64,000 bases of DNA, from NCBI GenBank assembly GCA_036172245.1, contig JAYWIR010000012.1:2170001-2234000 (forward strand). Direction: 5' to 3'. This stretch comes from Raillietiella orientalis (taxonomy: Eukaryota). The position numbers and the translations under genes were made by a program. Below the pieces are notes generated by a model, which was not told the origin of the DNA, made no database searches, and saw nothing but the letters and a program-made list of their open reading frames with translations. Shown here one piece after another: positions 50,064 to 62,747 of this stretch. Positions within the stretch are counted from its first letter, which is position 1. Each line of letters begins with the position of its first letter.

Positions 50064-53000
50064 CTAGAGATCCACGGGGGTTGGGGGTCGGCGATTTTCC
50101 TCCCCAACTTTCCTCCTCCCCAGGTGACATGCCAGACCGGCTGACAGGAGCGCCAGCAGGAGCAGGGCGAGCGCTCCCAGACCGAGAAGTCCTGGGCCTC
50201 TCCAGGGCGTCGTCCCAGGGCCACCGGTTCCTGAAAGACGAGACAGTGGGCGATGACACGCTTCCCAGGAGCATGCTGGAGGAAGGGAAGATAGAAGCAG
50301 GTGCAGGAGGGAGTAAGACATGCCAGCTTTGCCCATCCCCGAGGTCTGGATCCTGATGTCTCCCAGGAATAGGGTGCGCCCTCCCGCTTCGCACTCGCAG
50401 CTTCAGAGGGCAGCTTTCTACCAGGGAACTCTGCAGCGACAGACAGTAGCGCCTGGGGCGCGAGCCTCCGGGTCCTGCTTTCCCTCAGCCTCGTCCGAAG
50501 ACCGGGGATGGTCCACATACAGCTGCTGCGCTGGGAATGGGAAGGGGGAATGCGCTCGCCTTTTCCTCCCTCTCCTGACCCTCCTCCTGGCTGCAGTTCG
50601 CGGTGCCATCTGAAAGGCGGCATCTCCTGACCTTCCCAGATGTGGGAGTCGCCATCTCTCTCCCTCGGGTACTTCCTGCTTCCGCCTGCCAATTCTCGGA
50701 TGTTCCCCCCCCCCCACGTCCTTCTCCTAGCCCGACTCGCCTTCCGAGCGAGATGCTCGTGGGATCCGTCGCACCTCAACACCACGTCACCCTCATGGAT
50801 GCCGCCGGCGTGTCCAGAAAGGTGGGAGAGGCGCCCGCGTCTCGTTGGCTGCTCCATTCTTTGAGAGCGCTAGAGAAGACTAGGCTGACAAGCAAAACGA
50901 GCCAGCAGCAACCTCTCTCCTTCCTCCACTCTTCCCTCTTCTATCGGTTTCCCTCCTCTTTCTCTTCCCCCCTTCTTTTCTGTTCCTTTGCTTCCAGCCT
51001 CCTTTCCTTTCGTCTTGCCAGCGAGCCCTGCGATCTCGCTGTGGAGGGCAGCATTTCGTCCCGAGATGCCGGTGCGCTTCCTCCTCCTGCCACGGGGCTT
51101 CCGAACGGGCCAACTCCGTGGAGACGCACACGTACGGCTGCTGCTCCGACGGCGCTCTGCGAGCGCGAGGGAGAGCGACTCCGGGAGAGAAGGGGTTTCC
51201 GTCGACCGACCCTTGCGCGTGGCCGTTAAAGGGGGGCAAAGAACGCTAAGGCACCACGGCGGCCTCCCGTTCTTCGGGCTCCAATACGGAAAAGTCACTA
51301 GCCTCTGCTCCTCCCCTTCCTCCCCTCCCTTGCCTCGAGGCTGCGCGAGGAGGGCGGTTACCTTGTATCCATTCCTCCACCTTCCACGTCTTGGTCTCCA
51401 GCTCCTGGTACCTCGAGGTGGGTCTCGTCCTGATGAACACCTGGATGAGGTAGCTGACGTCTTTCTTCAGCTTTTCGCACCAAAACAGAGGTCTGTGCGA
51501 CGTAAAGTTGTACACGACGCGCGGCTTCCCCTCCTCGTACACGCGGACATCGAAGAACGTGTCCTGGAGCACCGTCACGTTCCGGCACCTGATCTGGACC
51601 GCGCTGTGCGTCTGGTTGACGATCCTGCAGTTCTTGGAAGGGTGGATGAAGTCTGGGGAGGGAGAGACAGGTGCGGGTCGCGTTCGGGCGCGAGATCCCG
51701 GAAAAGAGCCATTCAGAAAACCCTCCCAGCTGGCGCCGGCGGAGCGATAGAACCCCTGGAGTCCGCCCAGCCACCCAGAAAGCCGAGGTGGTGGTCCTCA
51801 CCGGTCACTTTCACGACGGTCGTGCAGGGGCGCTCCTGGACCCCCATCTCGTTCTCCGCCCTGCAGTCGATGCGGAACTGGTCGCCGCCATCCCGCCTGG
51901 AGATGTGCACCAAGTCCCTCCACGACAGGGTCAGGGTGTTGCCGGCAGTGGTGGAGTTCACGGAGGAACCCTGATCTGAGAGCTGGCTCCAGTGGTACGA
52001 CAGGACCTCGGGGTAGCTCTTGACGCTGCACGAAACCCTCCCGCTGCCCTCTCGCGGGCTCCAGTGGAAAGACTCGACGCGTTTCACGCAGAACGGTTTG
52101 TCTGGAAAAGACGCGCGCAGCGGCGGCGGTCGTTAAGCGCCTTCCTTTCCCTCCCCCCCCCCCTCCCCCTTTTCCCGGTCCTCGAGAAGGGAGGACAGGC
52201 CGCTCCGGACGGCATGCCGGAAACAGGCAGCGGCGAGCTGAGGGAAACGTCGAGCCAAGTTGTGGGGGGAGGAGGAAGGGAACAGCGCGTGGACTCTGCG
52301 TTCCTCGCCCTATTCGAAAGCTGCCCACCAAAGTTCTTGCGCGAGTGCTCCTGGCTCGCTGATCGTCGTCGTACCCCATCGCAAACAGTGTGCACTGCTT
52401 CGGCTGGAAGAACTCCCCGCGTTCCTCCACCCGTCCATCTGCACGGATAAAATGAAGCGGGGACGATGGAGGGGGAAGGGGGGAACTCCTTCCTAAACGC
52501 GACAAACGCATCCTCACGTCATGGCGCAAAAGGCGAGCTCTCAGAGAGTCTCCAGACGGCGGAGAGCTCGCAGGGATTACGGCCCCAAAGATAATCCGGA
52601 GTGATGAGGATGACCTCGTCAGCACGCGCACCATTACAGTCTTAATTGCTTGTGTAATTGACAACGCCGGTGGTGAATGAGCGTGCTGAAACGGAGAAGC
52701 AGCGCCGGTAGCGAGCTCCAAATGTGCAGAAACCCGAGCCGACTCCTCCCGGAGGCGATGGCGCGGAGCACGCGAAGTGGCGCGGCGGTCTTCACTCCGC
52801 ACTTCGTCCTCTTCTTCCCCTCTCTCCTTCTTCGACCGTCGCTGCTGCTCTTCCTTTTTGCAGCTTCGAGTTCATTCCCACATCCGGAACGCAAGGGAGA
52901 CCAGGAGGCGCCCTTGACTACGGCTGAACAGCCCTCCACCCCCTCTCCGAGCACTGCCCCTCGGCCCGGTATCACCTTCGAGGAGCCGCAGGCGGCGGAC

Positions 53001-56000
53001 CTGCAGGGAGGGTTGCTTGCCTTCCTCTCACTCCCCCCCTGCCTCCTTCCTTCTTGTGCCCGTCATCTTAATCTCTTCGTGTCTGCCGCGTCCCAAGTCA
53101 TTTGCGTGCTCGCTGGTCGCCATCACCGTCTGGGCGTTGTCTCGAGCCGAACAGGAGGCAGACATGAGCTGCTTCTCCACGGGGCAGCTCCTCTTGAGCG
53201 GCCGTTTCCGTTCCCCTTCCTCCTTCCCTCAGTAATCCGTCTGTGGATAGATGCCGCCCCTGCAGCATCGCCTCTCTCCAGCCATCAAGCATCTTCCTTC
53301 TTACCCATATGAAACACCGCTTTCTCGCACAAGGAGCCAAAAAGGAGCTCCTGTCACTTGTGTCAGCAGCACGGCGGAAGACACGAACGAAGCTTCTCGA
53401 AAGCCCAACAAAGGCCGATCCTAATTTGCGGGGCCCACGCCCGCAAACTACCGCAGAGTTGCAGGTTTTTTCCACGTGAGCTTCCGAGGCATGCAGGCGC
53501 GGAGGCATCCAGAACTGCCGGCTCTGTTCCTCCTCCCCCCTACCTCTGTCCAGGAAGCACCTTTGGGGAAACCTGCGCGCTCCACACCAACAGCGAGCAG
53601 CCACCAACGGTCAAAAATGGACACCAAAATCCGGCAACTCGCGGACGATCCCCCTCTCGGTCTGCTTTACCACCGCTTTACTTTCGAAAAGACTGCTCTC
53701 ATCTCAAGCCCCAGGACTGGCAAGGTCTATTGCGCAAACGCACCCGGCCAAGGGTCCCACTGTGAAAGTTCCTGAAATGGAGGTCACACTCAGCACGTAC
53801 GCAACTTCTACATGGGTCACGTGAACGTTCCAGAACATAGCTCCTCGTTCGTCAACCCTCAGCCACCTTCAGGACCAAGTGGCTCTTGTGGTCGCTGCAA
53901 CCATCTCTTCATCCGAAATATTTCTGCGTACATCAGGTCAGCCTCTCCGGAAGGAGGAGTCACCGGTACCACTGGGACCTCGATGACTGCCTTCGGACAA
54001 GAGCTCCTGGAACCCACGTGAAAAGGAGGATGGAAGGAGGAGGAGGAGGTGGGAGGAAGGGAAGAGGAGGGGGAGGAGGAAGACTATGGCGAATAGTGGC
54101 GCGGCTTCCGAAGGTGCGGTCTTCGCTTCCATGCCAAAAGAGAATCAGCTGTGGCGAAATCTTCCACTCATCCGACCACCATTGGGATGGTCGGCCAACG
54201 GGAACACAGCTTCTGCGAGTAACTCAGCAGCCTTTTTCCGCGTTCAGCTGCAGCATTCTTCAGCGCCACAGCTCTCGGGAGTTGATAGGGCGATAACAGA
54301 GCTCGACTGGTTGGATCAGACTGGACTGGAAGTCCCCTCTGAGCCATGCTGACTGTCTAGGTAACATGGAGAAAGCTCCGACACTCAGGGTTTCGCCCTC
54401 AGGCGTCAACCGAAGTGCCCCGAGGCATTTAACCGTTCCGTGCCGGGGCAGCCGCCACGACTTACTACTGAAGGCAGGTGGTTCCATCTCCCAACAGGGT
54501 GAGTGACTTGCAAGGGTGCTCCTGCTTGGCATCCGGCGCATCATGGTGGCTGCTGCTTCTGGACGGACGCTCCCGAGATGGCTCTTCGGGGAAGGAAGAG
54601 GACGAGGAAGTCTTGGCCCTTTAGGGATTCCCTGTCATTCGTCAGGACTTCCCACTGAGGACGCGACCTCTTTCATCCGCCCCCAGGCATGCGATGCACT
54701 GCTGCAGCTTCGCCTCGTCGCTCCCCCCAGGTCAGGGTCTGAAGCTCTCCTGAATCTCGTCTTTCGTTGGCGGCAATGCCGGTCGGAGTTCGCCTCCGAG
54801 GTGCAGCACGCGCACCACCACAGCTGCTGGTGTCGTCGTCACGTCTCTCATGCTCGGCCATTGGAGCCTCAGTGATAGTGTCGGGATTGAAGGATCCGGC
54901 CCTCTACGGACCCGCCCTCGTCTTCACCACAGGCAGGCACAACCCCAGAAAGAATCCCGAAGGTCTCGGCTTAGACGATGTGACGTCATTGCTCGGTAAC
55001 GCACCCCCCTCCTGTTCAAACTCCTCAAAAGACGACCGGGATGACCCCTCTTGGACAGCTCAAGAAGCGCTCCCTAAAAAAGTAACTCCGCCGAAATCGA
55101 GTGGCTGTAGATGGTCCCCGCCTCCCACCCGCAGAGAAGAAATGCCGCTACTGCTCCTCCTACCAGGGGTGGGGGAAGAAGCCCGCCGGGTTTCCAAGTT
55201 GTCCAACGGTTGTCCCCCGAGCTCTCGGACCGGAGTGTGCTGCTCCCCTAGGGTCGAGACCACCGCTTGCTCTCCCCGTGTCCGGGATGGCAGCTTTCGA
55301 TCCAACGCCACTTCCATCGAGAGGAGTCCCGCGCTCCCTACGAGCTCACGGGAGCGAAGGAGAGGGGGTGGAAGCGAAAAAACGCCCTCCGGACACCAGA
55401 GTCCGCGGGAAGGTCGAGCCCCAGTTCCGAATGCGGCACTGCCTCCTTTGGCGATCCCCCGGGCGACGAGAGGGTTGAGATAACCCCGCATGCCTCGTTG
55501 CCAAGTGGCGGGCGGCGCCTCCTCCTGGCAACGAGTTGGGCGGCTGATTGATGGCCGGTGCTGCGCGGGGGCGGGGATTCGGTGGGTGCGCCGACAACGC
55601 ATCGGACCAAAGCGGCGTGGGATCGCAAGGGGTGAGAGTCTGCACCGCCGTCAGTCGCTGCTGCCCCTGCCGGCGGCGGTGCCACTCGACCTCCCCTCGC
55701 TTTCGCGATCCCCCACTTTCGGCTCTTCCTGCCCCTATTTTTCGGACTTGGAGGTTCTCTCTCCAGGTGGGGGAGTGCAGGTGAAGGACGGGGGCGATGT
55801 CTGGGAGCGCGTCCTCTCGCGCGCGGGTGGTCGGCGAGGCTTCGGACAACCGGAGGAGAAAGGACCAAAGGCCGAAAGGGGAGGAGGGGGAGGAAGGAAC
55901 GAAAGCCGCGTCCGGGAGTCAGCTCCGAGTGGGTGACTGTAGTGGAGGCGGAGGGTCCGGAATCGCAGGGACATCCATTGCTTGGTTACAGCCTCGCGTT

Positions 56001-59000
56001 CGCTTCCTGGATCGCTTGCGTCCGCCCGTCCTCTCCCGGATGCGTTGCCGTTCTTCCCCTGCATGCATCTCCGTCGAGACAGCACGAAGAAAAAATCGAG
56101 AGGTTGGGGGAGGGCTCTGCAAGAGAGGGAGGGACTTTTCGAAAGGCTGTTCTCGGGGACTGGCGGGCAAAGAAAAGACAACAGAGGCCGTGGAACGATC
56201 ACGGAGAAACAGGAAGGGATGTGGGACCGCGGGAGCTTTTATCTCCGGGAAAACTCCGCCAGAAGCAGGGAACCAGGGATGGGTTCGCGGTGGGTCCGAC
56301 AGAAGGGAGTAGGTTCGAGTGCACCACCAGAGGGATGCAGCAGCGATCCCTGAGAAGATTCGGAGGGAGGCCGCCTGGGTATCGGGATGACCCCTTCGCC
56401 CCGGAGAGCGTCGCTTCCGCCCACAAACAGCGAGAGGAAGGCAGAATCCATGGACCACGAAGAGGAGCACCCAGAAAGACGCGGAACCAGTGGAGGAACC
56501 AGAAGATGAGAGTCCGCTGAGGACTCGCCTGCTGGCACGCTGCCGGGAGAATTTCGCGGGCGCCGCGTCAGTCGCCGCCGGAAGGCGCGTGCGACTCCCA
56601 GGGATGGGAGTCAGGGACGCGGGGCTTCCACCAGATCCCACCCGCGAGTCAATCCCGCGAAGTCGGACGGTGAAGAGATCTCTGGAAGAGTCTTTACCTG
56701 AGGGCGGCGCTCCCTCTCCCCCCCCTCTCCCCTCCTCCTTATGGCTCTCAGCTCTTCCCGGAAAGAAGCACATTATCCGCGGGAAGAGCACGCGGGACAA
56801 ACGTCTCTTGCTTCCCCCCCCCCCCTCCCGCTCCCCCCATCGACCGACAACCCGTTTGGGCGCAGGGCGGAGCCAGCGTGTGCCGCCCTGGGATCGCGCG
56901 CCAGCGTGCGGCTGCGCGGCCCCCTCCGCGGCTCGCTCCGTTGCCAAGTGACCGCGGCGGTGTCTCCCGCGGGCGCATGCGCGCGGGCGCCGACGCTCAG
57001 AGACTTACGCTTGACTCTCAGGACCAGCTTGATGCTCTCCCCGTCTCCCTGGACGTTGGAGGCCACGCAGGAGTAGGCTCCGGAATCCTCCCTCGTCAGC
57101 CTCCCCATCACCAAGGTGACGTTCCTCGACTTGTGCCCTTCGTCGAAGTTCTGTCGTAGGACATTGTTCTGGAGAAGAAGAGACCACGCGTGGCAGAACC
57201 AGACAAAGAAGGCGCGCGCCTCCGACGACCTTGACTCTGACAGCACCCGGAGGAGGCAGCGGGTTTCCACTCGTGGGGAATCGGGCGAGATCAGCCCTGG
57301 GGGCCTTTCCGGACGCGGAGGGGGGACCACACCGCCCAAGCGCTCCTTCGCACCCCCGGGGTTCCCGTGTTCGGGTTCACCGCGGTCTCCTCTGCTGGAG
57401 TCCTGGGGAACTGCTCGCGAAATCCGGGACTCTTCCAGCCTCTTACACCGACCGGGCGACAGACGCTGCGCCGTCCTTCCCACCGATGCCTACAGAATGC
57501 AGAAAGCTCGAAGGATTCCAGCCGGGATCACAAAGAGTCCCGAGGAAGCGTCCTTTTGACGGTGGGATCAGGACTGCCCCCTGCTTCCAGGACCCACTGC
57601 GCCGGTATGCTTCCCGCAGGGCTTCTCCGCCGGAAGAGGGTGCGGGGGACGCTACCTGCCTCGGTCCTTTCCTAGCAGCGTCCATGGACCATTCCGTCTC
57701 CTAGCTCTCTTGCTGCCCGGGGGCTCCTTCCTCCGCGTCTGTCCGCTTCTAAGCTCCCGAGGCATTCTGGTTCTCTTCGAGGCCCTCTGGTCCCCTCCGG
57801 GAGAACCGGTCCCTGGTGGTCTCTTGATTTCGAGCTGGGAAGACGGAGAACCTTCGAGGGAGATCCAGAGACGCTGGGGAAAAGGAATCCTCCTTCCTGG
57901 AGGCTGTATGGACCATCCGCTTCCCACGAAGACCGTTTCTTCCCCTTCCCCGCCTCCGGCGGCCGAGGGCCCCCTCCTCCGCGCATGCGCCGAAGGGGAG
58001 GGACGCTCCCGCGGGGTGAATTCGTTCCCGCTGATCACGCAGGCGGGATCCATCCCGGTCGGAATTGAGATTTTCGGAAGAGGAACGGCCGGGAGATGAG
58101 GAGGAACAAGTCAGAGGAGGGGGTGGAAGGCTCCTCCTGAAACGAGTCCCCCAGGCACGGAAGCGTACCCGTGACCGACCGCTCTCTTCAGAGCGGACCC
58201 TCTCAAAGGTTCGTCAGGGACCTCAGGGAGTAGAGGCTCGGCTCCGCTGGCAGGCGTGCAGGGGATCAGGAGAAAAGGGAAGACGTGGTGGGTCTACAAG
58301 TACTACGCGTCGGCGCGGCTCTCCGGGCTTTAGGGTGCGGCGCCGAGCTGAGGAGCTCCTCAGCGCGCGCGCGCCACTGGCACTCCTGCTCGCCGCGTCC
58401 GAACCTGACCACAAGGGAATACCCCCTCCAGGGAACCCTCTCCCGGAAGGGGAAGGACCCTGGAGGCCAACAAGGCGTGGGCGACCATTTCTCTCCCTTC
58501 CCCCCAAAAGGACTCCAGAGGGTCCTTGGACGCACTTCATTCCCTCCCGCAGATGGCGTGTTTCTCACGCTGGTCCCCGCGAGTGTTGCGCCCTCCGCCT
58601 CTCCCGGGGCGAGCGCGGTGGCCCTCCTCACCAGGCGGCGAGCGCCACCACCGCAAGCGTCGGCAAAACCTCGACAGTCCCTGGCCAGGAAGAGGCGACG
58701 AAGGAAGGGGAGGAGGAGGGGGGAGGGAGACCCGCTCGCGGAGCCGGCTGATTGCGCGGGCGACTGTGGCTTCCCGCAGGAAGGAAAGGGAAGGAGGGGG
58801 GAGGAACTTCGGTAATGGAATACCTGATGATTCCCGGGACTGATTCGCAATTCCACTTTTCCCGGAGGTATCTGCCGAGGGGGAACCAGAAGGTGGAATC
58901 GAACGACGACACCAAATCATCGGGCGGAGGAGGGAGAGTTCAGAGGCGGCGCCTTGCTCAGGTCGAACGACCGCCTCCTCCGGCAGCGACCGGTAGCCCC

Positions 59001-62000
59001 GGACCGCTGCTCTACCCCCGACCTGCCCCTCGGGGATAAGCAGACGATAGCCTCCCCTCAGGAGGGAAGGCGGCGGAAGGATGGGAAGCGACGGCCTGGC
59101 TGCAGGCGAGGAACGCGGGTCGGGGAAGCCCCCCCTTTCTTTCCGCGCGCGCGTATCAGACCGGAACTGCTGCTCGGTGCAGCACACCTCTCGCTCTTCG
59201 AAAGGAGGGGAGGGTCCGCTCTTCGGCTCAGGGCCCCCTTCTCACCTCCTGTGACCCCTAGGGGAACGTCGGTTCGAGGCACGAGGTCGAAGTTCGGAGG
59301 AGAGGCGACCGGCGTGGTGAAGTTGCGGCGGCGCACGCGCGCGAAAGAATCAATGGCGTCCGAGGAGCGTGCTCTTCGAGGGGGCGATCCTTTTTGAGGA
59401 TGGGGAAGCGCACACGCCCCGGATGCTCGTAGAGCGAGGCCAGGAGCTTCAGGAGGAGGATGGATGGGAAACGGTGCGCAAGAACGAGCTCCTCTTGGCA
59501 CCGGTTCGGGGACCCCCGAGTGTTGCCGGAGGGCGGGCAGGCGGAGACGTCAGGGTTTTATTTACATTTTTCTTCCACACCACTTTGTAAGAGGGAGGGT
59601 TCGACCTCACGAGGCAGGTCAGCACCAGAGTTTGGTTCTCTTCGAGATCGAGGGCGTCCTTGAAGTCCCTGGCGACCACCCGGACGAGCGGCGTGTCTGG
59701 AAGGAGAGAGAGCAAGAAGTCAGCAGCGCCCGCTCCGGGCGCGAAGCGGTTCGGGCGTTCGGCCGTCTGCGAAATATTCCCCCCTGAGGGGAGGACACCC
59801 CCGGACAATGGAGTGGGTCAGGGACCGCTCGACTCCCGTTTTGCAGCGGAGTGTCGAGTTGCCCCTGGCAGCAATCCCGTAGCGTCCATGTCTTTGGCTC
59901 TGAGGGCTGCGTGACGTCACACAGGCTCGCCTATACTTTCCGGCCGCCCGCTCTCGATCCGGCCTTTCCCCCGGGGAAGAGCACTCCCCTGATGCGCGCA
60001 GCGACGGGAGCCCTCAGATGACCGGACCGCCTCCCACAATCAAGTGCGGAGTATGGCAAGGGCGCGCAGCGCCACACCAAGACTTTGGAGCTGAGCCCCT
60101 CCTGTTTCCAAGCAACGGTCAGGCGGAGTTGCTCCGGCTTGGCGAGGCGCAAACGCTCCGAGGTCTCCGGAAGGAACCGCGCGATTTGCGGACCAACCCG
60201 GCGTACGCGTCGCTCACAGTACGCGTCTCCCGCCGGAAGAAGTCCCGGGGGTCGTCGACCCGCTGACGTTATCCCGACGAGGGTGGATGTGCTCCTCCCC
60301 GAGTGGGCATGCGAGAGTTCCCCCACTCTGCGTCCCCCTCAGAGCGCGTCGCTAGGTTACAGCAGCGGGAGCGGGGAAGTAGGTTCGCGGAAGCTGCGAA
60401 GTCCCGGCTACCGGATCTTCGATAAGTCGGAAACTTCTGGCGCCGCCGCCGCCGCCGCGCGGCAAAAGTTTGGAGCGACTCACACTCGACGTTCAGCAGC
60501 GCCGAAGTTTCCAGGGGGACTTCCGGCATCGCGGGGTTCCTCGCCACGCACGTGAGGAACTTCCCGTCGTCTTCCTCTGTGGGCGTTAAGCTGATTACGT
60601 TCCGGATGCTGCCGCCTGGCATCTTCCCCTGAAACAAACGCTTCCGTCACAAGGGCTCCGAAACCAGGAAGCGCTCCGTCCGGAAGAGACCCCGACGGAG
60701 AACGCCCCTCTCCTTCCTTCCAGGCTGCGATCCCCCAAGGCTGGCAGGTGCCTCCCCCCTTGGACGGGCACCAGCGAGTCTTTGGAAACGCGCGCCGTCA
60801 CTCTAAGCCTAGAAGAATCAGCCGCGTAACAGAAGCGGGTTCTTCGACCGTCCGCGCAACTCGTCTTTCCTTCTCCCTCCTCATCCTCGCCCCCCTCCTC
60901 CGATGCCACCGCGTCCGAGAGCGACGGGCATCTTTCGATGGAGGGCCGTCCCCTCGGAAGCCGCGACGGTGCCTGCTACCCACCGCCTCAGACCTGGTTT
61001 CCGCGATCTGCGCCCCAGGGCGTGCCAATGGGCTCTTCTGGTCCCCTCCCCTTCTCCCCACGCCGCTTTTCCAAGAGCGGACCCTGCCCGGCTGCGGAAG
61101 CGCAGATTCGCTTTTCCTCCAGAATCCTGGAGCTGCTGGCAAGTCCCGGACTTCTCGCTGGCAATCTCTTGGGGCTGCGCCCTCTTTTTCGGGGACCTCT
61201 CGTCACCTTCGAGCTGCCGTAGGCACTTCCGCATGAGCCACTTCTGGTTTTCCCCTCGGATCAGACCCAAGGACTTGGAGCCTCGCGCACGGTCAGACGG
61301 ACCGGAGTTCTCCAGGCATCGAGTGGCAGGCACCGCAGCCACTCCTCCTCAGCAGTTCTCCATTCCCATCTCTGTTGCAGCGGAAACCCGGAGCCGACGG
61401 AGAGCAGGCGTTCGTCGATGCATCCCGAGGGCCATCCTCAAGAGGCCCAGGAGGAAAGCCCGGGGACGGCAGACTTTTTTGAACTCTGTCCCTCCGTGCC
61501 GGAGGATTCTCTTCTGGTCCACGGATGAGGAGGAGGATGCTGGCTGGAGCGTAAGCACCCCGAGGGGTCAGGGAAAATCTTCGAAGGCACAAGCGGGACA
61601 GCGCCACTCTTGGAGAGATCATCTCCTCCTGCTCGCCAGGGGCAAGGTCCCATGCGTTACCGACGAGGATCCCGGATATTGGTTATCCCCTTCTTCGCGC
61701 GATCGGCGCCGAGCGAGCGCCTCCAGAACAGGGTCGTCGGACTTGATCGCACTTGGTGACTGGAGGGATGATCTGGTACCGCGCTTCCTTCGGGTAGCTT
61801 CCGACCGCTCTCGGGAGAACTCCAGCGGCTCCTGCTGTGTGCTCCAGATCGAAAGCGGCTGGTTGGGGGGGGGGGAGCGCCTGATGGCTGCGAGGGCTGC
61901 TCTGGGATACCCTCCGAACGGCTGGAGCGCCGGGCCGAGTCGCGACGAGAAGGCGCTCCTTTCGCCCCCGAGCGATGTTGGAAACCGAAGGAGCAGGGTC

Positions 62001-62747
62001 GAGGTATTGGTGGCAAAGACTCATCGTCGCCCCTCCGGTGCTTGGGAAGGGGGGAAGGGGAAGGAAGAAGCCGCGGATTCGATAGAGACGTCACCCCCAC
62101 CCTCTCAGACCCATCTCGAATCAACCTCGCCAACGGCCGGAGAGGGCGTGCGGCTCCTCGCTCCCTCGGCGCGCTCGAAGCTGGAGCGGGAGATCCCGGA
62201 ATCATCCCGGACACCTCTGCGGGCGCCGAAAAGCTCCCCTGCCTTCCGGACGCGGAGGCTGCTGTCGTCGATCCCCGCTCCCGTCCGGTGATCACCGTGA
62301 TGCTGCTGTCTTCTGGCGGAAGTATGCTCGCGGGAGGCTGCGCGTCGCTGACCGTTCATCCTGTATGAAAAAAAAAATCCGGCGGACGTCCTGATTGCTG
62401 CGGATTCGAATCCTCTCGCATGGTCTCCCCGGGAAATTGTGTTGCCAGAGCTGCGAGGGAGATGGAGACAACTGTGGGGTGAATTCCCCATCTGCAGTGG
62501 AACGCGAGCAGGCGACGTCTTTCACGCACATCCCCCCCCCCCCCGTTAATTAATCTTCCCCGTTGCGGGGACTGGCGGGAGCGCCGCCTGACCTCGTGCG
62601 GGTCCGGGATTCTGAGCAGCTCCGTGGATCCCAGCCTCCAGATCATCTCGGCTCCCGGATGGGAGCCTTCGGACAGGCAGGAGGCGTTGAAGCTAGCTCC
62701 GGACACCAGCGTCTCCGGGCACCGGAGGCGGACGAAAGTCGGTTTCA
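50064..62747 (-). CDS. Sidestep-family (nephrin/hemicentin-like) Ig superfamily transmembrane protein, 5'-partial: 3 Ig + FN3 + TM
   Basis: Exons 62747-62593, 60628-60484, 59696-59566, 57168-57009, 52101-51802, 51652-51362 and 50230-50064, all GT-AG with consistent phases. Ig motifs: SCLSEGSHPGAEMIW / EEDDGKFLTCVARNP, LTCLVRSNPP..VVWKKN / REDSGAYSCVASNVQGDGES, HKPFC...CRAENEMGVQERPC. Sidestep-type FN3: NCRIVNQTHSAVQIRC. TM: GLLGLGALALLLLALLSAGLAC followed by RRK. The terminal exon is less certain than the rest. Confidence 0.88.
53600..54270 (-). mobile_element. Decayed APE endonuclease of an R1/I-like LINE inside a sidestep-like intron
   Basis: RMLQLNA (endonuclease start, ~54255), VDERG (~53850) and IDLA (~53725) occur in the correct order. 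Confidence 0.35.

Noticed and set aside
60903..62291. 462-aa ORF and other long ORFs (e.g. 62745-63845, 55919-56947, 50988-51974, 7688-8692, 3421-4239)
   Set aside because: Arg/Pro/Gly/Ser-rich translations with no domain signature, overlapping on both strands in very GC-rich DNA. Several are antisense to, or intronic in, the sidestep-like gene.
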